DNA of 63,033 nt, filler included, from Nitrospiraceae bacterium (GTDB taxonomy: Bacteria; Nitrospirota; Nitrospiria; Nitrospirales; Nitrospiraceae), in the NCBI GenBank assembly GCA_037442105.1. It is 3 parts of 3 records of this genome, joined end to end, with 100 filler letters (N's around TTAATTAATTAA, not from the genome) between each part and the next. Parts side by side here need not be neighbours in the genome. Positions count along the whole stretch, not along the records: positions 42,672 to 63,033 come from JBBIQV010000043.1; 2 more parts are not named here. One strand, written 5' to 3'. How positions within the stretch are numbered: position 1 is the stretch's first letter; every line of letters begins with the position of its first letter. Positions 48,933-61,557 of the stretch are shown here, in pieces. The notes under the pieces were generated by a model. It worked only from the letters and a program-made list of their open reading frames with translations. It searched no databases and was not told where the DNA came from. A program made the translations under genes and the position numbers.

Positions 48933-50102
48933 TCACCCCGTGTATCCTTTCTCTTGGTGTTGCGAGAGATCCAATCCCATCATCTCGGCTTGTTCGTTCA
49001 CCCGCGGCGGCAGGAAGATTCCGAGCACGCGGACCAGAAGGAACGTGATCACGCCGGCAAGAGCCCAGGCGACCAGAGTGGCCAGCACCTGGACAAAGAA
49101 TTGGTAGGGATATCCGTAGAACAATCCATCGCTCCCATCTGGGTTCACCTCCGTCGAAGCGAAGAGGCCCGTCGCAATCATGCCCCATGTTCCTCCGACA
49201 CCGTGCATACCGAACACGTCCAGCGAATCGTCATACCCCAGAATGAGCTTGACGTAATTCACGACCATGTAGCAGAGCCCTCCCGCCCCAACGCCGATCA
49301 CCACCGCCGAAAGCGGGCTGACGTAGCCCGCGGCCGGAGCGATCGCCACCAGTCCGGCCACAGCACCGCTCACCATACCCAATGCGGTGGGCTTGTCGCG
49401 CTGAAGCCATTCAGCCGCCATCCAAGTCAGCGCCGCGGTCACGGCAGACGATTGGATCACCACAAAAGCACTCGCAACTGTCGCCATCGGCCGCGGGGAT
49501 GGACCGGCCGAGAATCCAAACCATCCCACCCACATCAAGGCGGCTCCGCAGAATGAAAAGGGCAAATGGTTCGGCATCATTTCGGTTCTCCCGTACCCTT
49601 GCCGAGGTCCCACCATGACGGCGATCACCAGAGCCGTGACCCCTGCACTGACATGAATGACCGCTCCTCCGGCAAAATCGAGACATCCAAGGTTAGCCAG
49701 CCAGCCGCCGCCCCAGAACCACTGTGCCAAGAGTCCGACCACCATCGCCACCCACAGCAGCCCAAAGAGGAGAAAGAACGAGAATCGGATTCTCTCCACG
49801 ATACTTCCGGCTACCAGCGCCAGCGCCAGCGACGCCGTCAGGGCGTGGTAGATGAGGAATGGGGACCTTCCCCTTGCCGTGGGATCCATGGCCGCTCCTG
49901 CATCGCCGCCGAACGTCAATGCATCTCCGAACAGCAGCCACTCAAGGGAGACCAGTACCAGGGCGCTGAATGGAAGACTGATCGTGTTGAGCACGTTCTT
50001 TTTCCGCACCATGCCTCCGTAAAAAAGAGCCGTGCCTGGCAAGGTGAGGAACACCAAGATCGTAGAGATCAGCAACCAAAGAGTTTGAGCAGAGTTTTGC
50101 AT
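48933..50102 (-). CDS. Ammonium transporter (Amt family), divergent
   Basis: DFAGGAVIH, AGLVAIAPAAG, DDSLDVFGMHG, GLDLSQH. Confidence 0.9.
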   Translation of the reverse strand: MQNSAQTLWLLISTILVFLTLPGTALFYGGMVRKKNVLNTISLPFSALVLVSLEWLLFGDALTFGGDAGAAMDPTARGRSPFLIYHALTASLALALVAGSIVERIRFSFFLLFGLLWVAMVVGLLAQWFWGGGWLANLGCLDFAGGAVIHVSAGVTALVIAVMVGPRQGYGRTEMMPNHLPFSFCGAALMWVGWFGFSAGPSPRPMATVASAFVVIQSSAVTAALTWMAAEWLQRDKPTALGMVSGAVAGLVAIAPAAGYVSPLSAVVIGVGAGGLCYMVVNYVKLILGYDDSLDVFGMHGVGGTWGMIATGLFASTEVNPDGSDGLFYGYPYQFFVQVLATLVAWALAGVITFLLVRVLGIFLPPRVNEQAEMMGLDLSQHQEKGYTG

Positions 50103-50250
50103 CAGACCACCGTCATGGTAAGCACCACGTGATACTCGCACCCTCCGATCGGCTCGATTACCACTGCGCCGGATCGACTCAAGCGATCTACAACGAACAG
50201 CCCTTTGGAAAGAACATGCATACCATCCTCCATCCGGCAGAGAAGTGAGG

Positions 50251-51561
50251 TTAGGAATACGCGCGCTCATTGTGCTGGCTAAGATCGAGCCCCCTGCGTT
50301 CTTCGTCAAGAGACACGCGCAGCCCGACGAAACGATCCACCACTTTCAGGATGACCAAGGTTCCGACAGCGGAGAACAGGCTCACCACGAAGACGGTGAA
50401 TGCTTGGGCCCCAAAGAACAAGACATTCCCGAACAACAGCCCGTCGTTCCCGCCCATATTCACGGCCTTGGATGCAAGAAGACCCGTCAGGAGCATGCCT
50501 GCAATACCGGCGACCGCATGAATCCCGACCACGTCCAAGGAGTCGTCGTATCCGAATTTTCCCTTCTTGATAATGGCCCAATAGGACAACGAACCGGCCA
50601 CCAGTCCAATTAACACGGCAGAAAAGAGGCTGACATAACCGGCTCCCGGCGTCACCATGGCCAAACCGGCCACTGCACCGCTGGCAATACCGAGGACGGT
50701 CGGTGTACCGCGATGGACCCATTCCATGACCATCCAAGTCGCAGCCCCCGTCACCGCTGCCGCATGTGTCGACACAAGAGCCGCCACCGCCGTCTCATTC
50801 GCTCCCAAGGCACTGCCCGCGTTGAGCCCGAACCAGCCAAACCAGAGGAAACCCGCTGCCAGGATCACCATCGGGAGATTGTGCGGTGCCATATAGTCCG
50901 TGCCATACCCGGTGCGAGCGCCCAGCACCACCACGCAGACGAGCGCGCTGATGCCCGAACTGATATGCACTACGGCCCCCCCGGCAAAATCCAGCGCCCC
51001 TATCCATGCCAACCATCCTCCCCCCCACAGCCAATGCGCGATTGGACAGTACACCGCGAGAGACCAGAGTCCCGAAAACATGACCAAGGCGCTGAACTTC
51101 ATACGCTCGGCGAATGCTCCGGTGATCAAAGCGGGAGTAATCGCCGCGAACATCATTTGAAAGAGCATGAACGCCTGGTGGGGAATCGTCGGTCCATACC
51201 TGGCATGGGGCGTCACTCCCACATCCCGCAAGCCGACCCAGTCCAGGCTTCCGATGAGACCTTTGACGTCCGGGCCGAATGCCAAGCTGTATCCCACCAT
51301 GACCCACAGAAAGCTCACGAGACAGAGAATCACAAAGCTGTGCATGATGGTGCCCAACACGTTCTTGCTGCGGACGAGCCCTCCATAAAACAGGGCCAAC
51401 CCGGGGACGATCATCGCGAGAACGAGCGCAGAAGAGATCAAGACCCAGGCGGTATCAGCCGCGCTGATGCTCCCCGGCAGTTGCTCCGCCCAGGAGACGC
51501 CGGGCATGAGACTCCAGCAGCCCGTGGCCACCATAACGATCTTCCGCATCCAATTCACCAT
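50251..51561 (-). CDS. Ammonium transporter (Amt family)
   Basis: FQMMFAAITPAL, DFAGGAVVH, DDSLDVVGIH; GAGGAGG SD. Confidence 0.92.
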   Translation of the reverse strand: MVNWMRKIVMVATGCWSLMPGVSWAEQLPGSISAADTAWVLISSALVLAMIVPGLALFYGGLVRSKNVLGTIMHSFVILCLVSFLWVMVGYSLAFGPDVKGLIGSLDWVGLRDVGVTPHARYGPTIPHQAFMLFQMMFAAITPALITGAFAERMKFSALVMFSGLWSLAVYCPIAHWLWGGGWLAWIGALDFAGGAVVHISSGISALVCVVVLGARTGYGTDYMAPHNLPMVILAAGFLWFGWFGLNAGSALGANETAVAALVSTHAAAVTGAATWMVMEWVHRGTPTVLGIASGAVAGLAMVTPGAGYVSLFSAVLIGLVAGSLSYWAIIKKGKFGYDDSLDVVGIHAVAGIAGMLLTGLLASKAVNMGGNDGLLFGNVLFFGAQAFTVFVVSLFSAVGTLVILKVVDRFVGLRVSLDEERRGLDLSQHNERAYS

Positions 51562-51611
51562 GCCGCACACCCTCCTCTTGGTTTCACCGTGAGCCGCCTC
51601 GTCACTGACCC

Positions 51612-52052
51612 TTAGAATGTCTTGTACTCCAACCACTTGCCGTTCAGCGTGATCTTGCAGCGGGCCTCACCCTGGCTCCCGGTCACCTTCTCCATATCCA
51701 GGGTGAAGTCGATCGCACTCATAATGCCGTCGCCGAACATTTCGTTCGCCATCTCCCGCAAGGCGTCGCCGTAGACGCCGATGATTTCAAGCAGGCGGTA
51801 TTTGAAGGGATCGGTTGTGTTCGGAAAATCCGTCCGCACAGGAAACTTGCTCAGAGACGCGGTTAATTCCTTGTCCAGCCCCAGCATTTTGCCGACTTTC
51901 GCGGCCTCCTCCGGTGTCAGCCGATGATTGCCGTTCAATGCCGCAGCGACGAATGTAGGATTTTTGCCGACGGCTTTTGCCATCTCCGCGAGGGTGACCT
52001 TCTTCTCCAACCGCTTTGCCTTCACCACGTCCCGTGCCTTCTTCGCCTCCAT
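51612..52052 (-). CDS. cynS: Cyanase (cyanate hydratase)
   Basis: TDPFKYRLLE...EMFGDGIMSAIDF...LNGKWLEY. Confidence 0.95.
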   Translation of the reverse strand: MEAKKARDVVKAKRLEKKVTLAEMAKAVGKNPTFVAAALNGNHRLTPEEAAKVGKMLGLDKELTASLSKFPVRTDFPNTTDPFKYRLLEIIGVYGDALREMANEMFGDGIMSAIDFTLDMEKVTGSQGEARCKITLNGKWLEYKTF

Positions 52053-52118
52053 TTGGACCCTCCTTTGAAGTGACGTCACCCGGCCTTCTGGCCGGCACGG
52101 CTTGTTGAAGTCCCGGCG

Positions 52119-52961
52119 TTAAAACCTGACACGTGTCGGAGCGCCACCGGTCTGATCGCCCGATGCGGTTCCGCCACCGGCATGCGACGCATGGCGAACC
52201 AGAAAATGGATCACATGGTTCCTGATCTTGTAGTAATGGGCATGGTCGATGATGGTCTCGCGCGACCGCGGCCGCGAAATCGTCACATCCACGATCTCTC
52301 CGATACACGCCGACGGACCATTGGTCATCAGCATGATCCGGTCGGACAGCAGGATCGCTTCGTCGACATCGTGCGTAACCATGAAAACGGTGTTCCGGGA
52401 TGTGTTCCACATCTGAATCAACTCTTCCTGGATGACGCCTCTGGTCAGCGCGTCGATTTGTGCAAAGGGCTCGTCCAGGAGCAGGACTTTCGGCTCGATG
52501 GAGAATGCCCGGGCCAGGCCGACCCGTTGTTTCATGCCGCCCGACAAGGCCGCAGGTCGTTTGTTCTCCGCACCTGTGAGTCCCACCAGCGCAATGTACT
52601 TCTGGACATGGGCTGCCACCTGCCCACGCGTCCAGTCCGGATAGGCCGATCGGACCGCCAACGCGATATTCTCGAATACGGTCATCCACGGCATCAACGA
52701 AAAGTTCTGAAAAACCACCATGCGGTCCAGTCCTGGTCCCACCACTTCCTGCCCCGCCAACACCACCCCGCCTTCCGAGGCCGTCTCCAACCCGGCAATG
52801 ATGTTCAACAAGGTGCTTTTACCGCAACCGGAATGGCCGATGACGGTGACGAATTCGCCCTTCTCGATCTTGATCGTCACGTCCTTGAAGATGCAGACGT
52901 TCCCTTCGCCGGAAGGGTTCGGGAAATACTTACTCGCATGATCGACTTGAAGGAATCCCAT
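52119..52961 (-). CDS. Nitrate/cyanate ABC transporter ATP-binding subunit (CynD/NrtD type)
   Basis: GHSGCGKST, LSGGMKQR, VTHDVDEA, MTNGP. Confidence 0.9.
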   Translation of the reverse strand: MGFLQVDHASKYFPNPSGEGNVCIFKDVTIKIEKGEFVTVIGHSGCGKSTLLNIIAGLETASEGGVVLAGQEVVGPGLDRMVVFQNFSLMPWMTVFENIALAVRSAYPDWTRGQVAAHVQKYIALVGLTGAENKRPAALSGGMKQRVGLARAFSIEPKVLLLDEPFAQIDALTRGVIQEELIQMWNTSRNTVFMVTHDVDEAILLSDRIMLMTNGPSACIGEIVDVTISRPRSRETIIDHAHYYKIRNHVIHFLVRHASHAGGGTASGDQTGGAPTRVRF

Positions 52962-52964
52962 ACC

Positions 52965-53852
52965 TTACTCCTGGTACGTGACAAAACCAGCGAGCTTGTT
53001 AAAGCCGGCATCGAGGATCACTCCGACGATTCCGACCACCAAAATCGCGAAAATGACACCGGCGATGTCGAGGTTGTTCCACTCGATCCAGCTCAGGTAG
53101 CCGACTCCCAGTTCGCCCAACAGCATCTCGGCAGGTACGACCGCGACCAGCGCGCTACCGAACGAGATCCGCAATCCAGTGACGATCGTCGGCGCCGCTC
53201 CGGGCAAGATGACCTTGAAAAGGCGTTTGGCCCAGGACAGTTGGAGAATGGCGGCCACGTGCAGGTAGTCTTTCCGCAGCGAATTCACTCCGAACGCCGT
53301 CGTGGCCAGCGTCGGCCAGAGCGCCGCCATAAAGACCACGAGAACCGCCGTCCACTTCGGGTCTTGTACCGTATACAACAGCAACGGCATCCACGCTAAC
53401 GGAGAGATAGGTTTAAGAATTTGAATATAGGGGTTGAACGCGCGAAAGAGGACCCTGTTCAGACCGAGCAGAATACCGAGCATGATGGCGACCACCGAAG
53501 CTGCAAAAAATCCGGCGGCAAACCGCGACACCGTATACACCACCAGATATGCAATGCCGTGATCGTTCGTTCCTTTCTTCACAAATGCTTCGCCGAGTTC
53601 CTCGCGGGCTTTTTCGAGCACAGCCAACGGACCCGGCACACCCTTCACCTTTTCTTTTTCCGGATTCCACGTATATCCACCGTCGGGCAGTCTGACGATG
53701 TCGCCGTTGAACTCCATGAGTTGGAGTTGTTCTCCGGTCATACCTCGCGGATCAAACGCGGCCCGCATCGTAAGCAAATGCCAGCCCAGGAGAAAGGCCG
53801 TGAGAAGAAATCCTGAAATCAACCAAGGATTACCTTTCGCTCCGCTCGGCAT
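52965..53852 (-). CDS. Nitrate/cyanate ABC transporter permease (CynB/NrtB type)
   Basis: PYIQILKPISPLAWMPL, AEML, EWNNL. Confidence 0.9.
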   Translation of the reverse strand: MPSGAKGNPWLISGFLLTAFLLGWHLLTMRAAFDPRGMTGEQLQLMEFNGDIVRLPDGGYTWNPEKEKVKGVPGPLAVLEKAREELGEAFVKKGTNDHGIAYLVVYTVSRFAAGFFAASVVAIMLGILLGLNRVLFRAFNPYIQILKPISPLAWMPLLLYTVQDPKWTAVLVVFMAALWPTLATTAFGVNSLRKDYLHVAAILQLSWAKRLFKVILPGAAPTIVTGLRISFGSALVAVVPAEMLLGELGVGYLSWIEWNNLDIAGVIFAILVVGIVGVILDAGFNKLAGFVTYQE

Positions 53853-53906
53853 AGCTCTTTCTCTTCGCCTATTTCGTTAGAACGCTCGCGCCCCTGGACC
53901 CATCGG

Positions 53907-55259
53907 TCACGCCATGCTGTGAATGGCGAAACCCTTCACATAGGCTTCAGGCTGATCCGGATCGAATACCTTGCCCATGATCGTATGTTTCATGCTCGTC
54001 GCCTGATGCGTCGGATAACCAAGCTCCTTTGCAATGCGATCACAATCGGCAGCCCGATAAACCTGCTCCGCAACCGCTTTGTAATTGATGTCTCCCTTGA
54101 GATGGCCCCATCGCTTCATCTGGGTCATAATCCAGATCGCCATGGAATGCCACGGATAGGGATCGAAATCGATCCGGCTCGGGTCCTTCTTGATGTTTCC
54201 CAAACCGTCCGCGTAAGTGCCGGTCAGGACCTGCTCCAACACCGTGACAGGTTGATTCAAGTAATTCGTCGGCGCGATCGCCGCAGCGATTTCCTTGCGA
54301 TGCGCGGGATTGGACGCATAATGCGTGGCATCGACGATAGCCCGAAACAGAGCTGCAAATGTGTTCGGATACGCGGTCGCAAACTCCCTCGACACCGTGA
54401 ACGCGCAACAAGGATGCCGGTCCCAGATCTCCTTGGAGAGTTTAAAAATGAACCCGACGTTTTCGTACACGGCTCGCTGATTAAAGGGATCGGGCGCCAA
54501 ATACCCATCCACATTGCCGGCCTTCAGGTTCGCGACCATCTCCGGTGGCGGCACCACCCGAATTTGCACATCCTTGTCGGGATGTACCCCGCCCTCGGCT
54601 AGAAAATATCGGAGCAGATAATTATGCATGGAGAAATCGAAGGGTACGCAGAACCGGAATCCCTTCATATCCTCCGCCGTCTTCACATTCTTGTGTTTGA
54701 TGTGCAGCGTAATCGCCTGCCCGTTGATGTTCTCCACCGCCGGCATATAGAACGGCGTGGGCATCGATCCCGCGCCCAATGTGATCGCCAAGGGCATGGG
54801 CGTCAGCATGTGTGCCGCGTCCACTTCCTTATTGACGGCCCAATCACGGATCATCGCCCAACCCGCCGCCCGCTTCACAGAAGCATTGAGTCCGTGCTTC
54901 TGGTAGAAGCCGAGCGGCTCCGCCATGATGATCGGCGTGGCACATGTAATGGGAATAAAGCCGATGGTGAGATCTTTCTTCTCGATCTTACCGGCCGGAT
55001 CAGCCGCGAACGCCTTTATCCTCCCCCATGGAAGCACCTCTCCGATGACCGCCATCAAAGCCGCCGTGCCAAGCCCTCTCAGGAACTGTCGTCGCGAGGG
55101 GGTGGCCGCCCTGAGAACCTCTGCAATCACCGTCTGCTCTACTGCTCGATCAAAAAATTGCTCGGCCGAAAGCGCCTCAGGGGTCAACTCCTGGCCGGAG
55201 GCTTCTGGATGAAGCGGGGTCTTGGTTTTGCCCATCATAGCGCTCTCCTCAGCAGTCAT
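53907..55259 (-). CDS. Cyanate/nitrate ABC substrate-binding protein (CynA/NrtA/CmpA family)
   Basis: Tat SRRQFL, IGFIPITCATPII, ENINGQAITL, PDPFNQRAV, HPCC; adjacent to cynS. Confidence 0.9.
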   Translation of the reverse strand: MTAEESAMMGKTKTPLHPEASGQELTPEALSAEQFFDRAVEQTVIAEVLRAATPSRRQFLRGLGTAALMAVIGEVLPWGRIKAFAADPAGKIEKKDLTIGFIPITCATPIIMAEPLGFYQKHGLNASVKRAAGWAMIRDWAVNKEVDAAHMLTPMPLAITLGAGSMPTPFYMPAVENINGQAITLHIKHKNVKTAEDMKGFRFCVPFDFSMHNYLLRYFLAEGGVHPDKDVQIRVVPPPEMVANLKAGNVDGYLAPDPFNQRAVYENVGFIFKLSKEIWDRHPCCAFTVSREFATAYPNTFAALFRAIVDATHYASNPAHRKEIAAAIAPTNYLNQPVTVLEQVLTGTYADGLGNIKKDPSRIDFDPYPWHSMAIWIMTQMKRWGHLKGDINYKAVAEQVYRAADCDRIAKELGYPTHQATSMKHTIMGKVFDPDQPEAYVKGFAIHSMA

Positions 55260-55285
55260 ATTCTCCTCCCAATCGCTCGTCCCGC

Positions 55286-55337
55286 AAAACAACAAGACGT
55301 CCTTCCCCTTAAGCTCAGGGAGAGGACGTCTTTGTCC
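55286..55337 (-). promoter_or_regulatory. ANTAR-type hairpin overlapping intrinsic terminator (attenuator 2)
   Basis: GGAC-AAAGAC-GTCC overlaps AAGACGTCCTCTCCCT...AGGGGAAGGACGTCTT-GTTGTTTT. Confidence 0.7.
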
Positions 55338-55395
55338 GTTCAGCCGCGATAGCAGCCGACATTCGAGACTTCACGGTCTCGTTCGAAACCGATCG

Positions 55396-55496
55396 AAAAA
55401 ACAAACGGCGCCCGTCACCACAGAGATGACGGACGCCATTGTCCGTGTCTTATTGATCTTTCTCTCAGCATCAGCAATGGGAACGCCTTTGTTCCC
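55396..55496 (-). promoter_or_regulatory. ANTAR (NasT/NasR-type) dual-hairpin antitermination leader with terminator (attenuator 1)
   Basis: GGGAAC-AAAGGC-GTTCCC and ACGGAC-AATGGC-GTCCGT hexaloops (A1,G4); second overlaps GGCGTCCGTCA...TGACGGGCGCC-GTTTGTTTTTT. Confidence 0.8.
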
Positions 55497-55578
55497 ACCG
55501 CCGATTGTTGACTTGTACCACTAACGCTGTCCTATCTCAAGCCCCCCGGTTGAGGGGGCCGCAAACAGATCTCCGAAT

Positions 55579-56994
55579 TTAGGCATCGTAATACAGGAAG
55601 AACTCGTACGGATGCGGCCGCAGTCGCAGCGTATCCACCTCTTTGCTGCGCTTGTAACTGATCCAGGTTTCAATCAGGTCTTCCGTGAAGACCCCGCCCT
55701 TCAACAGGAACTGATGGTCTTTTTCGAGATTGGTAAGGGCTTCGTCCAGGCTTCCTGGCATGGTCCTGATCTTAGCGGCTTCCTTCGGTTCGAGATCGTA
55801 GAGATCCTTCTCGCCAGGCTCCCCTGGGTTGATCTTGTTCTCGATCCCATCCAGACCCGCCATGAGCATCGCCGGAAATGCGAGATAGGGGTTGCAGGCA
55901 GGGTCAGGGAACCGCACTTCGATCCGCTTGGCCTTCGGGCTGGGCGAATACATCGGAATCCGGACTCCCGCCGATCGGTTCCTGCTGGAATAGGCCAGCA
56001 ACACCGGCGCCTCGAAGCCCGGCGTCAACCGCTTGTAGGAGTTTGTCGTCGGATTCGTGATGGCGGCCAGCGCCGGCGCATGCTTCAAGATCCCGCCGAT
56101 ATAATGCAAACAGGTTTGCGACACGCCCGCATACTCCTTCCCGGCGAACAACGGCTTCCCTTCCTTCCAGATACTTTGGTGGGTATGCATGCCTGAGCCA
56201 TTATCGCCGAAGATCGGCTTGGGCATGAACGTGACCGTCTTGCCATGCCGGCGCGCCACATTCTTGACGATGTACTTGTACATCATCATCTTGTCCGCCA
56301 TCTTTAGGAGCGAATCGAACCGGATGTCGATTTCCGCCTGCCCCGCAGTCGCAACCTCGTGGTGGTGTTTCTCGACCGCGATGCCGACCTTCTCCATCTC
56401 GATGATCATTTCACTGCGGATGTCTTGCTGCGTATCGGTCGGCGCTACCGGGAAATAGCCTTCCTTGTGCCGGATTTTGGAGCCGAGGTTCATCCCCTCC
56501 TGCCCCATGTTCCAGACGCCTTCCTCCGAGTCGATGAAATAGTAGCCGTTGTGACTCGTCTGATCGTACCGCGCATGGTCGAAGATAAAGAATTCGGCTT
56601 CCGGACCCCAAAATGAGGTGTCGCCGATCTTTGTGCTCTTGAGATACTGCTCGGCCTTCTGCGCGATGAACCGCGGATCACGCTCGTAATTCTCGCGTGT
56701 GATTGGATCCACCACGTTGCAGGCCAGGCTCAAGGTCGGCACCGCAGCGAACGGATCCATGCAGGCGGTCTCCGGATCAGGCATTGCCAGCATGTCGCTA
56801 TTGTTGATCGCCTTCCAACCTCGGATGGACGACCCATCGAACCCCGATCCGTCTTTGAACAACCCCTCACTCAGTTCGCTAACCGGAATGGTGAAGTGTT
56901 GCCACGTTCCCAATAAGTCCACGAACTTCAGGTCCACGACCTGGACCTTGTTCTTCTTTGCAAAGTCTAACACCTCCCGAGCGTTCATCCCCAT
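55579..56994 (-). CDS. glnA: Glutamine synthetase type I
   Basis: [44 protein letters not shown] adenylylation site. Confidence 0.98.
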   Translation of the reverse strand: MGMNAREVLDFAKKNKVQVVDLKFVDLLGTWQHFTIPVSELSEGLFKDGSGFDGSSIRGWKAINNSDMLAMPDPETACMDPFAAVPTLSLACNVVDPITRENYERDPRFIAQKAEQYLKSTKIGDTSFWGPEAEFFIFDHARYDQTSHNGYYFIDSEEGVWNMGQEGMNLGSKIRHKEGYFPVAPTDTQQDIRSEMIIEMEKVGIAVEKHHHEVATAGQAEIDIRFDSLLKMADKMMMYKYIVKNVARRHGKTVTFMPKPIFGDNGSGMHTHQSIWKEGKPLFAGKEYAGVSQTCLHYIGGILKHAPALAAITNPTTNSYKRLTPGFEAPVLLAYSSRNRSAGVRIPMYSPSPKAKRIEVRFPDPACNPYLAFPAMLMAGLDGIENKINPGEPGEKDLYDLEPKEAAKIRTMPGSLDEALTNLEKDHQFLLKGGVFTEDLIETWISYKRSKEVDTLRLRPHPYEFFLYYDA

Positions 56995-57042
56995 CCTCCT
57001 TTCAGACTCCAGAAAATGATACTGTGAGAATGTCCCTTTCGT

Positions 57043-60071
<3,029 letters not shown>

Positions 60072-60160
60072 TCATGCCTCCATGCAGCGAATGACGAACA
60101 GCCCGCCGGCGACCACCCGTAAGTAATCCCGGCCCTGTGCGATTCGCTGTTTGGTTTCTG

Positions 60161-61555
60161 TTATGAGTATGCCGCCTCGTTATGCTGAGTAAGATCCAGT
60201 CCCGTAACTTCTTCGTCTTTGGTTACTCTGAGGCCGATCAGTACATCGACCACTTTGAGAATCACGTACGTCCCCACGAATGCAAAAACCCACGATGCCA
60301 GAACTGCCACGAATTGGGTGACTAACTGACCGGGATTGCCGAAAAAGAGCCCATCTGCTCCGGCTGAGTTAATAGCCTTGGAGGCGAACAACCCTGTCGC
60401 GAGCGCTCCCCAGGAGCCTCCGACTCCATGAATCCCGAACGCGTCAAGAGCGTCATCATACCCAAGTTTCCCTTTGAGCACAACGGCAGCATAACAAATC
60501 ACCCCGGCCCCGATGCCGATCCAAATCGACGAGAGCGGCCCCACGAAACCAGACGCGGGTGTGATTGCCACAAGCCCCGCAACCGCTCCGCTGGCCGCCC
60601 CAAGGGCCGTGGGTTTCCCCGTGTACATCCATTCGGCAACCATCCAGGCCAGGGCCGCCGCCGCCGTCGCCGTGTTTGTCACGACAAAGGCACTCGTCGC
60701 GAGCGCCCCGGAAGCCACAGCGCTCCCAGCATTGAACCCGAACCACCCGAACCACAGCATAGAAGCGCCGATAATGGTCAGCGGAAGATTATGCGGCGGC
60801 ATCGCTTCATTCCCATGCCCGTGGCGCTTTCCAAGGACAACAGCACAAGCCAGTCCGGCCACCCCTGAACTGATGTGCACCACCGTTCCGCCAGCAAAAT
60901 CCAATGCTCCCAGATTTCGCAGCCACCCTCCGACCGCCCACACCCAGTGAGCCAAGGGATCATAGATGAAGGTGGCCCACAGAAGAACGAACACCAAAAA
61001 GGCGCTGAACTTCATCCGCTCAGCAAAGGCCCCGGTAATCAGCGCCGGCGTGATCACGGCAAACATGAGCTGAAACACCATAAAAGCCTGGTGCGGCACC
61101 GTGGCACCGTAGTCGGCGTTTGGGTCGAGCCCGACACCGATCAGGCCCAGCCAGTCCAGTCCACCGATCACGTGCCCCTTGTCCGGGCCGAAGGCAAGAG
61201 TGTAGCCCCACAGGACCCATTGCACGCTGATCAGGCACAGGATGACAAACGACTGGAGCATGGTGCCCAGGGCGTTCTTTTTCCGCACCATACCGCCGTA
61301 AAAAATCGCCAGGCCCGGCGCGGTCATGGCCAAGACAAGAGCCGAGGAGGTCAGTAGCCAGGCCGTGTCGCCGGTGTCGATCTTCGGAGGGGCCGGCGCA
61401 GGGGCCGCCTCCGGCGCCGCGGGAGCCGGTGCCGGCGGAGCCTCTTGAGCCCAACCTCCTCCCGCCCACAAGAGCACCATAAAGCTGATCACAAGCGGCA
61501 GAATCATCATCATAAAACGCATACGCTGTGCCATGGTCTGCTCCTTTCTCATCAT
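60161..61555 (-). CDS. amtB: Ammonium transporter AmtB, canonical
   Basis: FQLMFA, DFAGGTVVH, WFGWFGFNAGS, DDALDAFGIHG; adjacent to PII. Confidence 0.95.
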   Translation of the reverse strand: MMRKEQTMAQRMRFMMMILPLVISFMVLLWAGGGWAQEAPPAPAPAAPEAAPAPAPPKIDTGDTAWLLTSSALVLAMTAPGLAIFYGGMVRKKNALGTMLQSFVILCLISVQWVLWGYTLAFGPDKGHVIGGLDWLGLIGVGLDPNADYGATVPHQAFMVFQLMFAVITPALITGAFAERMKFSAFLVFVLLWATFIYDPLAHWVWAVGGWLRNLGALDFAGGTVVHISSGVAGLACAVVLGKRHGHGNEAMPPHNLPLTIIGASMLWFGWFGFNAGSAVASGALATSAFVVTNTATAAAALAWMVAEWMYTGKPTALGAASGAVAGLVAITPASGFVGPLSSIWIGIGAGVICYAAVVLKGKLGYDDALDAFGIHGVGGSWGALATGLFASKAINSAGADGLFFGNPGQLVTQFVAVLASWVFAFVGTYVILKVVDVLIGLRVTKDEEVTGLDLTQHNEAAYS

Positions 61556-61557
61556 GC

